NCBI GenBank assembly: GCA_040878325.1
Contig: JBBDMM010000010.1
Location: forward strand, 62,001 to 126,000
Direction: 5' to 3'
Source of the DNA: Acidimicrobiia bacterium
GTDB taxonomy: Bacteria > Actinomycetota > Acidimicrobiia > Spongiisociales > UBA11373
DNA length: 64,000 nt
The notes below the pieces were generated by a model. It worked only from the letters and a program-made list of their open reading frames with translations, did not search any database and was not told the origin of the DNA. Position 1 is the first letter of the stretch; each line of letters begins with the position of its first letter. A program made the translations under genes and the position numbers. Positions 17,024 to 25,976 of the stretch are shown piece after piece.

Positions 17024-19075
17024 TTGGACACGACTCATGAACGCGCACTGGACTTGCTGCGAGCGATCACCGTCGACGATGCGGAGTTCCGGCCGGGGCA
17101 GTGGGAGGCGATCGAGGCGGTGGTCGTCCACCGCCGTCGCGTTCTCGTCGTCCAGCGAACCGGGTGGGGCAAGTCGGCGGTGTACTTCATCGCCACTGCA
17201 CTCCTCCGTGAGGCTGGGATGGGCCCCACGGTCGTGGTCTCCCCGCTGCTGGCACTCATGCGCAATCAGATCGAGATGGCCGAACGCCTCGGGATCAACG
17301 CGAGGACGGTCAACTGGACGAATCGTGGCGACTGGGATCAGGTATTCGCCGAAATCGCACGCGGGGAGATCGACGTCCTCTTCATCTCCCCGGAGCGCCT
17401 CAACAACCCCGAGTTTCGAACGAGCGTGCTCCCTGATCTGCTGCGAGCGCTGGGGCTCCTGGTAGTGGACGAGGTGCACTGCATTTCGGATTGGGGTCAC
17501 GACTTTCGGCCCGACTACCGGCGGCTCTCGCGGATCGTCGACCTGCTTCCGCCAGGCGTGGCCATCCTGGGGACCACCGCCACGGCCAACGATCGGGTGA
17601 TTCGCGACGTCGAGGAACAGCTCGGTGACGACCTCATTCTGGTGCGCGGACCGTTGGATCGGCCGAGCTTGAGACTCCAGGTCATGGCGATGGCCTCGCG
17701 TGCCGAGCGGCTGGCGTGGCTGGCAGAAATCCTGCCCAGCCTCGAAGGGTCCGGCATCGTGTACGCGCTGACTGTCAAGGATGTGCGTCGGGTCGCCGAT
17801 TGGCTCCGGGACCGGGGGGTCGATGCCGCGGCGTACACCGGCAAGACCGACCCCGAGGAGCGGCTCGAGATCGAGCGTCGGCTGACCGGCGGTGGCTTGA
17901 AGGTTGTCGTCGCCACCTCGGCCCTGGGTATGGGCTACGACAACCCGCACATCCACTTCGTGATCCATTTCCAGTCGCCGGGTTCCCCGGTCGCCTACTA
18001 CCAACAGGTAGGGCGCGCCGGTCGCGCCACGGAGTCATCGGTTGGGGTGCTCCTGACCGGCGCAGAGGATGGCGACATCCAGGACTTCTTCATCCGAACG
18101 GCGTTTCCGACGGAGCCCCACGTCGAGGCGATCCTCTCCGCCCTCGACTCCGCCGACGGAATGACGACCCGCCAGCTGGAGACCATCAACCTTCCTTTCG
18201 GACGGCTCGAGGCCGCTCTCAGGGTCCTTGAAGTGGAGGGCGCGGTCTACCGGGATGGGGCCAGGTGGTACCGCTCAGCGGAGCGCTACCAGTATCCCGT
18301 CGAGCGCGTCGCTGGCGTGATGGAGCAGCGACGCAGCGAGCAGGCCACGATGCGCCGGATCATCGAGTCGGACGACTGCATCATGCATCAGCTTCGGTTG
18401 AGCCTCGACGACCACACCAGTTCGCCCTGTGGCCGATGCGCCAATTGCGTAGGGGACGTTCTCCCACGTGAGGTCGCCGAGGAGACGGTGCGCGCCGCCG
18501 TCGATTTCATCCGGTCCGAGGCGGCGATCATCGAGCCGCGCAAGAGGTGGCCCCATCCGGTCGATGGCACCTTCGTCATCCAGCACCCGCTCGAGGAAGG
18601 TCGCGCGCTCACCCGCTGGGGGGACCCCGGGTTGGCGCTACTCGTCGAAAGGGGGAAGTACCGGGACGGCGGGTTCTCCGTGGAACTCGTCGATGCCGCC
18701 GCAGACCTGGTCACTCGGTGGGCCCCCGACCCTGCGCCCACGTGGGTTACCTCGGTGCCGACCCTGGGAGGCGACGATCTCGTGGGAGACTTCTCCCGGT
18801 TGCTTGCCGAACGCATCGGCATGGTCTACCAACCGGTGGTTCGCAAGGTCCGGCGCAATCGGCCGCAGAAAGAAATGCAAAACTCCACCCAGCAACTTGG
18901 CAATGTGTCAGAGGTGTTCGAGGTAGGCCCCTGTCCCTCCGGTCCGGTGCTTCTCGTCGACGATATGGTGGATTCGCTGTGGACGATGACGACGATCGGA
19001 GGGTTGCTCCGGGGGGCAGGCTCGGGGCCCGTGTACCCTCTGGCCCTCGCGGACACATCCCGAGGTGACGAGTGA
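17024..19075 (+). CDS. recQ: RecQ-family helicase with C-terminal phosphoribosyltransferase domain (RqlH/PsyrT type)
   Basis: QRTGWGKS, DEVHCISDWGHDFRPDY, YYQQVGRAGR, CGRCANC Zn site, PRPP-binding VLLVDDMVDSLWT. Confidence 0.93.
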   Translation: MDTTHERALDLLRAITVDDAEFRPGQWEAIEAVVVHRRRVLVVQRTGWGKSAVYFIATALLREAGMGPTVVVSPLLALMRNQIEMAERLGINARTVNWTNRGDWDQVFAEIARGEIDVLFISPERLNNPEFRTSVLPDLLRALGLLVVDEVHCISDWGHDFRPDYRRLSRIVDLLPPGVAILGTTATANDRVIRDVEEQLGDDLILVRGPLDRPSLRLQVMAMASRAERLAWLAEILPSLEGSGIVYALTVKDVRRVADWLRDRGVDAAAYTGKTDPEERLEIERRLTGGGLKVVVATSALGMGYDNPHIHFVIHFQSPGSPVAYYQQVGRAGRATESSVGVLLTGAEDGDIQDFFIRTAFPTEPHVEAILSALDSADGMTTRQLETINLPFGRLEAALRVLEVEGAVYRDGARWYRSAERYQYPVERVAGVMEQRRSEQATMRRIIESDDCIMHQLRLSLDDHTSSPCGRCANCVGDVLPREVAEETVRAAVDFIRSEAAIIEPRKRWPHPVDGTFVIQHPLEEGRALTRWGDPGLALLVERGKYRDGGFSVELVDAAADLVTRWAPDPAPTWVTSVPTLGGDDLVGDFSRLLAERIGMVYQPVVRKVRRNRPQKEMQNSTQQLGNVSEVFEVGPCPSGPVLLVDDMVDSLWTMTTIGGLLRGAGSGPVYPLALADTSRGDE

Positions 19076-20010
19076 AGCTGTCGAACGACGCCAAGGCGGT
19101 GCTCGTCCTCACCACCCGGCTCGGCGACTCCCGGCGACCATCCCTCGCCCCCGGTCAGTGGCACTCCCTCTCCCGAGCCCTGGGTGACGCCGGCTTGACG
19201 CCCGGCAACGTGTTCGACTCCGAGGCCCTTGGAAGCGCCGGCCTCGACCCGGAGAAGCGGGAGAGGATCGATGCGCTCGTCGGGGATGCCGCCACTGTAG
19301 TCGTCGAGCTGGAGTCCTTGACATCCAAGGGAATCTGGACGGTGACGATTGCCGACGACGACTACCCAGCGGCTCTTCGGCGACTTGACCACCGAGCTCC
19401 ACCAGTGCTGTTCGGGGTGGGGGAGCGGTCCTTGCTCGACAGCGGCGGCGTCGGCGTGGTCGGCTCCCGTGACGTGTCCGAAGAAGGAGTTGCGGTTGCC
19501 CGAGAGATCGCGGCCGCCGCCGCCGGTCGGGGTCTGCCTGTCGTTTCGGGCGGGGCCAGGGGAGTGGACCAACAGTCGATGACCGCCGCCTACGAAGCCG
19601 GCGGGTCGGTCGTCGGTGTTCTGGCCGACAGTTTGCTGCAGAGGATCCGAAGTGCCGATGTGCGCGCCTCTCTCGACACCGGGGCGACTTGCCTGATCAC
19701 AGCGCAGCATCCCAACACTGGGTTCTCGCCCGCGGCGGCGATGGCGCGCAACAAGCTGGTCTACTCCCTCGCCGATGTCACCGTGGTCGTCGCCTCCGAG
19801 GCCAAGGGAGGAACGTGGGAAGGCGCGACGGAGGCGCTGACCCAGAGGATTGGAAGGGTCGCGGTATGGCGGGGCCAGGGGCAAGGATCTGCGAACGACC
19901 AGTTGATCGAGGCCGGAGCACGTCCGATCGAGTCGGTCGACCAGCTGTGGGAACTGCTTGCCGAGGCTGAGGCGCCAATGCCACAGCAGATGACGATCGA
20001 ACTGGGCTAA
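19072..20010 (+). CDS. dprA: DprA/Smf family protein (RqlI/PsyrA type)
   Basis: DYP..L...APPVLF..G, VGSR, VSGGARGVD, AMARNKLVY, GGTWEGA; GTGA overlap with the helicase. Confidence 0.92.
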   Translation: MKLSNDAKAVLVLTTRLGDSRRPSLAPGQWHSLSRALGDAGLTPGNVFDSEALGSAGLDPEKRERIDALVGDAATVVVELESLTSKGIWTVTIADDDYPAALRRLDHRAPPVLFGVGERSLLDSGGVGVVGSRDVSEEGVAVAREIAAAAAGRGLPVVSGGARGVDQQSMTAAYEAGGSVVGVLADSLLQRIRSADVRASLDTGATCLITAQHPNTGFSPAAAMARNKLVYSLADVTVVVASEAKGGTWEGATEALTQRIGRVAVWRGQGQGSANDQLIEAGARPIESVDQLWELLAEAEAPMPQQMTIELG

Positions 20011-20056
20011 CACGGTCCGCCGGCCTCGCGACGGGATCGCCAGCGCCACTGGTTCC

Positions 20057-20120
20057 TGTCACCGGCCGTCCATATCTTGACCGCAACGGTCCTCCAGAGA
20101 TACACGTGTACAATACGTAT
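20057..20120 (+). promoter_or_regulatory. TA promoter/operator: TGTCAC-N10-TATCTT plus TACAAT -10 with palindromes TACACGTGTA and ATACGTAT
   Basis: Motif 20057-20078; palindromes 20101-20110 and 20113-20120; TACAAT 6 nt before ATG 20121. Confidence 0.55.
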
Positions 20121-20351
20121 ATGCGGCGGAAGCTGACGATCACCATCGACGAGGCGGTTTACGAGGGGCTCCACCGGCGCATCGGGCGTCGGAAGATCAG
20201 CCGCTTCCTCGAGGATCTCGCCCGGCCCCACGTCGTCGACGAGGACCTGGAGGAGGCATATCGCGCCATGGCCGCCGACGAACGGCGCGAGTCGGAAGCC
20301 GCCGAGTGGGCGGAGGGCACCATTGGGGATGTCGCCGATGAGACGCGCTGA
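20121..20351 (+). CDS. Ribbon-helix-helix antitoxin
   Basis: [16 protein letters not shown]...ISRFLEDL, acidic tail; overlaps the toxin start. Confidence 0.85.
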   Translation: MRRKLTITIDEAVYEGLHRRIGRRKISRFLEDLARPHVVDEDLEEAYRAMAADERRESEAAEWAEGTIGDVADETR

Positions 20352-20658
20352 CGTGTGGTGGGTCTGGTTCGAACCGAGCCGGGGCGGCGAGATCCGTAAG
20401 ACCCGACCCGCTGTGATAGTGAGCAACGACGCCGCCAACGCCGCGCTGAATCGGCTGCAGGTGGTGCCGCTCACTTCGAACGTCGATCGGCTCTACCCGA
20501 GCGAGGCATACATCGAGATCGACGGCACCCGGCATAAGGCCATGGCCGACCAGGTAACCACCGTGACCAAGGCTCGACTCCAGAGCCGCCTGGGTCGGCT
20601 GACCGCGCAGGACATGGAGGCGGTCGAGCGGGCCATGCGCCTGCAGTTGGGCCTGTAG
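20338..20658 (+). CDS. mazF: PemK/MazF family endoribonuclease toxin
   Basis: [29 protein letters not shown]....LQVVPLTS. Confidence 0.93.
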   Translation: MRRADVWWVWFEPSRGGEIRKTRPAVIVSNDAANAALNRLQVVPLTSNVDRLYPSEAYIEIDGTRHKAMADQVTTVTKARLQSRLGRLTAQDMEAVERAMRLQLGL

Positions 20659-20697
20659 GCGAGGATCGCCGCGCAGCAGTACACGCTGGTCGACTCG

Positions 20698-21759
20698 CTA
20701 TCTGGCGAACGCCGATCGCAGCGTTCCGACTACCGGGACCAAGACGGGATGTGCGATCGCCACCGTCTCGGCTAGCGCGGCGGTCTCCTCGACCGGGTCG
20801 CTCTCGAAGGTGTATCGCTCGAAAGTGGGGCCGGCGGTGTGTCCCTCCCCGACGGGGAGCGTGACCAGGAGCCGGGCCACCGGTTTCATCACCTTCGACA
20901 TGAGCGTGTACAGCCGGCCCACGAGCGCACCCTGGTCGGCGCCTAGCGCATGCATGCGCTGGATGGTGTCGAAGAGCAGCATGTAGAGGGCGTTGAAGAG
21001 GTCTGCCGCCGGGCGCACTTCCTCGGGCAGGTCGGCGGCCCGGGGGTTGTCCAGCACCGGCCAGGTGTCGCCGATCGGGAGGGTGCCGTCGGCCAACTGG
21101 ATGAACTTGTGATAGTGGGTCAGCTCCCGGTGCCCGGGGTCTGCCCAGAGGTGGTCGCCGAGCCCCTCACCCTGATCCACGATCACGTCGATGGCGGCGC
21201 ACGCCGAGGCGACGTCCTCGATGAGCATCAGGCCTCCGCTGTCCTCCACGTCGAAGGCGACCGGCTGGTAGAAGGAGGGATCCGCCAGCTGGCGGCCGGG
21301 CTGGTGGTCGGCGAAGAGGTCCACCCGCTCGCCGAGCCTATGGATCGCCAGCTCGAGGGCGGCGTAGAACTGGCCGAGCGTTTCGTAGTCGTCGGCCTCG
21401 GGCGGCGCATCGATCGCCTCGGGTCGCTCGATGACCATGAAGGTGTCCCTGATCAGCTCGGTGGTGCACCGCCGCAACTCGAGGCGCAGGTCGGGGGTGT
21501 GGTGGGCGAGAAGGCTGGGGTATTCGGGGATGAGGTTGTCCATGAAGTCAGGCTCCCCACCCAGCGCCAGGAGCAGGTTCGTGGTCAGCGCCAGGTGGAG
21601 CATCTCCTCGACGACGACGCTGGTGATGAGGTCCCGGGCCTCCGACGGCTCGCCGCGGATCGAGTAGGCGGCGTAGAGGTAGGGCGGGATGGTCGACATC
21701 TCCACCTTCCGCGCCAGGGCCACATGGGAACGCAACTCGTCGAGTGAGTCGATCGGCAT
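20698..21759 (-). CDS. Ferritin-like domain protein (VioB/RebD-related domain family)
   Basis: E.STIPPYLYAAYSI, EEMLHL...NLL.ALGG.P, FM.IERP, QGEG, HYHKF. Confidence 0.8.
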   Translation of the reverse strand: MPIDSLDELRSHVALARKVEMSTIPPYLYAAYSIRGEPSEARDLITSVVVEEMLHLALTTNLLLALGGEPDFMDNLIPEYPSLLAHHTPDLRLELRRCTTELIRDTFMVIERPEAIDAPPEADDYETLGQFYAALELAIHRLGERVDLFADHQPGRQLADPSFYQPVAFDVEDSGGLMLIEDVASACAAIDVIVDQGEGLGDHLWADPGHRELTHYHKFIQLADGTLPIGDTWPVLDNPRAADLPEEVRPAADLFNALYMLLFDTIQRMHALGADQGALVGRLYTLMSKVMKPVARLLVTLPVGEGHTAGPTFERYTFESDPVEETAALAETVAIAHPVLVPVVGTLRSAFAR

Positions 21760-21914
21760 CGGGCCTCCTGACCGGTACCGGGAGGCTAGGGGGCAAGCCG
21801 TTCGCCGTGCCGGCGGGAAATAGGCTGGCCCCCGACAAGCAGCCGGCTCCTGCCCGCATCCGTAGGCCCGTTGCGTTACATTGCGCCCACACCAGGGGGG
21901 CGTCGTTGGCATCC

Positions 21915-22703
21915 GTGCGGGTCGAGCAGCCTCCTGCGAGTCTGGCTGCGCTCGTGCGTCACGTTGGCGTCATCGGGTGGTCCGGGCTCCTGACCGGGGT
22001 CGTTGTCGGGGGGCTCGGATCCCGGGTGTTCATGCGAATCGCCGGGGCTACCGGCCGGCCAGCCGCCCGAGGTGCCGGAACCGAAGCGGGCTTTCGGGTG
22101 GGGGAGCTGACCGTCGGGGGCACGATGGCGCTGGTGGTCTTCGTGGGGATCTTCGCCGGGATCATCGGGGCCTTGCTGTACGCGATCTTCCGGCCCTGGC
22201 TTTCGTGGGCGGGAAGGTTTCGCGGTCTTGTATTCGGCGTGGTGCTGTTCGCTTTCGGGAGTGCGTCGTCTGACGTGATGAATCCCGACAACGTCGACTT
22301 TCTGATCCTCGGCAACGACCTCATCAACGTGGTGATGATCGTGGCCCTGTTCCTCGCATTCGGGGTAGTGATCGAAGAGATCCACCGTGCCCTGGACCGG
22401 CGAGTGGCACCGTCCGGGGACCGGATGAGAATCGGGTTGGTGCTTTTCGCCGCTACAGGCGCGCTGCTGAGCATTCCCCTGACGATCACCACCATGTTCG
22501 GCGACGGCTGTGACTGCGGACCCCCGATCGTTGCTGCCTGGTTCACCATCCTCGCCGGCGTGGGCACGGTGCTGTGGTGGGTCAGCAGCCGGCGCGGCGC
22601 CGCCCGGCTCCCGGCGCAGGTGCTCGGCTATGCCGGGCTCATCGGCACCACCGCGTTCGGGTTGGTGCGGGCGATCTCCGATGCCGCCGAGATCATCGGC
22701 TGA
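21915..22703 (+). CDS. Hypothetical multi-pass membrane protein
   Basis: About 7 hydrophobic segments; GLGSRVFMRI and TEAGFRVGE motifs; start uncertain. Confidence 0.7.
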   Translation: MRVEQPPASLAALVRHVGVIGWSGLLTGVVVGGLGSRVFMRIAGATGRPAARGAGTEAGFRVGELTVGGTMALVVFVGIFAGIIGALLYAIFRPWLSWAGRFRGLVFGVVLFAFGSASSDVMNPDNVDFLILGNDLINVVMIVALFLAFGVVIEEIHRALDRRVAPSGDRMRIGLVLFAATGALLSIPLTITTMFGDGCDCGPPIVAAWFTILAGVGTVLWWVSSRRGAARLPAQVLGYAGLIGTTAFGLVRAISDAAEIIG

Positions 22704-24565
22704 CTGGGCTCGTCGTCGATCCACTCCGCCACTCGCTGGTAGAAGTCGGGGTCCTTCCAAAAGCGGGTGTGCGCCACCAGGGGCAGGTAATCGAAGTGGA
22801 ACTGCTTGCCCTTGTCGATCTGGAAGTGGTCGAGGCGATGCCCCAATACGTCTCCCCACGACCAGGCGTTGTGCCAGCGGAATCCAGCGGGTTGGATCGC
22901 GTGGTAGTCCTCGATCTTGAAGTTCCCGTACGGCCGGCCCGTGGAATGCCGTCGCAGCGAGATCAGTGAACTGACGATCTGCGCCCGTACCGGCTCGCTG
23001 ACATCGCCGGTCCGCTGGAAGAAGTAGACCACCTTGTCGAGCGGCGACCCGAAGGAGAACAGACCCTTGATCCGGTCGAAATCCTCCCGGGCCATCCGAA
23101 ACTCGTCACCGTCGCTGTCGCTGCGCTGCTCCACGGCGAGCCGGTTGATGGCGTCGTAGGCGATCACGCTGCCGAGCGAATGGGCCGCCACCAGCACTTC
23201 GTCGTAGTACGGCTTGCGAGTGTCCTTGCGCCGGGGGGACTTCGGAGGGAGCCCCTTCAGCAGTTCCGCCAGAGCCACCAGCCGGGCGGTGACCAGGTGA
23301 AGAATCTCCTCGCGCACGGTGTGGTGCCGTGACCGGGTGTCGAGCCCACCGAAGTAGATGGCGACGTCCCCGATCCACCCGATGAGAAACAGGGTGAGCT
23401 TTGAGGCGCCGGCCACCGTCGCCAGCCAGAACACCAGGCGCACCGGGTGTACCCACTCCTCGGGTAGCGCCTGGTAGCCCAGCCATCCGCCGACCACGGT
23501 TCCCCCGATGAGGATCGCTGCGGCGACCACCCGGACGACGGCCAACGGACGCCACGGGATCCGCCACACCTGTCCCACCAGGTACCACCACAACACGATC
23601 CCGCCCACCAATCCAGCGGCGGCGGCGAGCAACTGCCAGGCCGGGTCTTCGCCCATACGGAGCACCGCTGCCACCAGCTCCTGGACCTCGGGATCCCGAT
23701 AGAGGGCGAAGGCTCCGGCCAGCAGGAGCAGCCCGGTCGCCCACGAGCCGGCCGCCCATCTCCGCAGGTAGCGCCAACGATCCTCGGTGCGGGGCGTGGG
23801 CTCCGCGCCGACGAAGTCGCACTCGATCGCTCCAAGCCGCCACGCCCGGTATCCCCCGAAGGCCATGAACAGGCTCGCCGCCGAAAGGACCGTGAACATC
23901 GCGAGGAGGGCGAAGTCGGTCCAGGCCGCGTCGATTTCGCGGAAGTCCGTGCCCAGGCCTTTCAGGTAGTTGTCGACATGAGTCGCGGCGTTGGCGGCCA
24001 GCATGAAGAGCACCAGCCCCAGTACCGGCAGGGCGAGCGCCAGCAGCACCTCGCGCAGAAACCCGGCCACACCCGCGCGGGGGGAGTACTCGTACTCCTG
24101 GGCTGGGGCGGCGGCGGGTGGTGCTGCGGTTGGCAGCTCGCGGTCGGCGTCGCGCGGCCACCGGTAGTGGGAGGCGGCGTGAAGGCTCCAGCGGAGCAAC
24201 GGGGCGAGCGAAGTGGTGAACAGCCACCTTCCGACTTCCTTCAACTTGATCAGACCCTGGGGGCGGTCCGCCCAATAGACCTCGTGGAGGTCGATCGTCG
24301 TATCGGGTTGCCGGGCGGTCCGCGACTTCGGGGTGATCTTCACCTCCACATAAGACTGCGAGGCGCGGTGGCCCTCGGACGCGACCACCCGGTGGCGCAG
24401 TTCGACCTGGTTGCCCCGGCGTCGGTGAACCCGGCTCAGCTCGACTGCGAAGAGATCCGTCAGCTGGTGGGGTTGCTGCTCGCCCATGCCGTGGACGAGG
24501 AGCAGGGCCACCCGCCTCTCGGGCGGAGCATCCGCCGACTCGTACGACCTGCCCGCTTCCGCCAT
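22628..24565 (-). CDS. Membrane protein with split alpha/beta-hydrolase-like domain
   Basis: LLVHGMGEQ, EVYWA, TM bundle insert, AHSLGSVIAYD, SFGSPLDK, W.NAWS..D, AHTRFW. Confidence 0.78.
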   Translation of the reverse strand: MAEAGRSYESADAPPERRVALLLVHGMGEQQPHQLTDLFAVELSRVHRRRGNQVELRHRVVASEGHRASQSYVEVKITPKSRTARQPDTTIDLHEVYWADRPQGLIKLKEVGRWLFTTSLAPLLRWSLHAASHYRWPRDADRELPTAAPPAAAPAQEYEYSPRAGVAGFLREVLLALALPVLGLVLFMLAANAATHVDNYLKGLGTDFREIDAAWTDFALLAMFTVLSAASLFMAFGGYRAWRLGAIECDFVGAEPTPRTEDRWRYLRRWAAGSWATGLLLLAGAFALYRDPEVQELVAAVLRMGEDPAWQLLAAAAGLVGGIVLWWYLVGQVWRIPWRPLAVVRVVAAAILIGGTVVGGWLGYQALPEEWVHPVRLVFWLATVAGASKLTLFLIGWIGDVAIYFGGLDTRSRHHTVREEILHLVTARLVALAELLKGLPPKSPRRKDTRKPYYDEVLVAAHSLGSVIAYDAINRLAVEQRSDSDGDEFRMAREDFDRIKGLFSFGSPLDKVVYFFQRTGDVSEPVRAQIVSSLISLRRHSTGRPYGNFKIEDYHAIQPAGFRWHNAWSWGDVLGHRLDHFQIDKGKQFHFDYLPLVAHTRFWKDPDFYQRVAEWIDDEPSQPMISAASEIARTNPNAVVPMSPA

Positions 24566-24669
24566 GGGTTGCGACTCTACTCATGGGAGGTCTTGGGAGA
24601 CTGACGGCAGTGCTGGAGGGGTGGGCGTCGCGACTGGAACCGACAGCAGACGGCAGGCGTCGAACGGAC

Positions 24670-25065
24670 ATGGGAATCCGTTTCAGCGCCCTCGCCATCG
24701 TCATGCTCATTGCCGCCTGCGGTGGCGACGGGGCATCGTCCACCACGGTCGCTCCGACATTTGCCGTGTCCGGTTACGCCCATGCCGGGCCGGTCTGCCC
24801 GGTGGAGACCACCCCGCCCGATCCCTCGTGTGAGGATCGACCTCTCGGCGGCGCCGTCGTACGCGTGCTCGATTCCGACGGGGCGGTGGTTGCCGAAGCC
24901 ACCACCGCCGTCGACGGCACCTTTACCGTGCAGCTACCGGCGGGCGATTACACCGTGGTGGCGCAGCCGGTGGAGGGCCTCCTCGGCACGCCCGCGGCCA
25001 TCGAGATAACCGTCGTAGTCGAGGTCTCCGATGTCGACCTCGCCTACGACACCGGCATTCGCTGA
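24670..25065 (+). CDS. Lipoprotein with carboxypeptidase-regulatory-like (prealbumin) fold
   Basis: Lipobox LIAAC; GPVCPVE...C..RP; DG.F.V.LPAG.Y; YDTGIR. Confidence 0.8.
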   Translation: MGIRFSALAIVMLIAACGGDGASSTTVAPTFAVSGYAHAGPVCPVETTPPDPSCEDRPLGGAVVRVLDSDGAVVAEATTAVDGTFTVQLPAGDYTVVAQPVEGLLGTPAAIEITVVVEVSDVDLAYDTGIR

Positions 25066-25067
25066 CC

Positions 25068-25553
25068 TCAGGCGGCCAGCAGGGCATCGATTTGTCCCAT
25101 CGCCTGCTTCATGCCCTCTTCGGCGCCCATGGCGAGGATCTGTTCCATCGCCTCGACCGACTCGAAGGTGGTCTCGATCGCCATCCGGGTGCCGGTCTTG
25201 GTCGGGCTCAGGGTGACCACGATCGTCATCGTCGGTAGCTCCGGGTTCGGGTTGCCGTTGTCGTCGGCGAAGCCGTCCTCGAACTCGAGACGATGGGGGG
25301 CATCCACCGAGGTGACCCGCCACCAGCCGTGCGGTTGGTCACCTTCGGGTCCGGTCATGAAATAGGTGACGCTGCCGCCGGGGGAGAGGTCGTGGTTTTT
25401 GAACGTCGCCGGATAGGTCGGCGGACCCCACCACTTCTCGAGCAGGCGGGGATCCGTCCACAACTGCCACACCCGGTCGACCGGGGACGCGTAGTCGGCG
25501 GTGATCGTCATCGTCAGGGCATCGGTGTCTTTGTGGACGCTCGTCACGGTCAC
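25068..25553 (-). CDS. SRPBCC/AHSA1 domain protein
   Basis: VWQLWTDPRLLEKWWGP, GG...YFMTGPEG, MGAEEG. Confidence 0.9.
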   Translation of the reverse strand: MTVTSVHKDTDALTMTITADYASPVDRVWQLWTDPRLLEKWWGPPTYPATFKNHDLSPGGSVTYFMTGPEGDQPHGWWRVTSVDAPHRLEFEDGFADDNGNPNPELPTMTIVVTLSPTKTGTRMAIETTFESVEAMEQILAMGAEEGMKQAMGQIDALLAA

Positions 25554-25891
25554 GGATTGTCTCCCTCGCTCAGTTCGGCGAGTGTCTCGCCGAATCGTTC
25601 TATACGGCCCTTCCACGTGTCCTCGAACCGGTCGAGCAGCGCCTGGGCGACCCGGACGGTCTCGATGTTGGCCCTGACCAGGTGCTCGCGACCTTCCCGC
25701 CGCTTGGCGACCAGCCGGGCTCGCTCGAGCACGGCCACATGCTTCTGTATGGCGGCGAAGCTCATCGGATAGTGGCCGGCGAGCGCCGTCACCGAGTGCT
25801 CGCCGAGCATGGTGCGGCGCAGGATGTCGCGCCGCGTGCGGTCGGCGAGGGCATGGAACACCAGGTCGGTATGTCGATGATCTACAACCAT
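25550..25891 (-). CDS. ArsR/SmtB family transcriptional regulator
   Basis: VFHALADRTRRDIL, SV..LA..YPMSFAAIQKHVAVLERA.LV; GTGA coupling to the SRPBCC gene. Confidence 0.92.
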   Translation of the reverse strand: MVVDHRHTDLVFHALADRTRRDILRRTMLGEHSVTALAGHYPMSFAAIQKHVAVLERARLVAKRREGREHLVRANIETVRVAQALLDRFEDTWKGRIERFGETLAELSEGDNP

Positions 25892-25901
25892 ATGGTTGTA
25901 G
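25882..25901. promoter_or_regulatory. Perfect 20-bp palindrome CTACAACCATATGGTTGTAG, probable ArsR autoregulatory operator
   Basis: Palindrome centred on the ArsR start codon. Confidence 0.7.
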
Positions 25902-25976
25902 GTTACCACTCGATCTCAGGTCGTGAGAGTCAGGTCTTCTCGCGTAGGGCCGAGTACGGATCCCCCCAGCCGTAGG

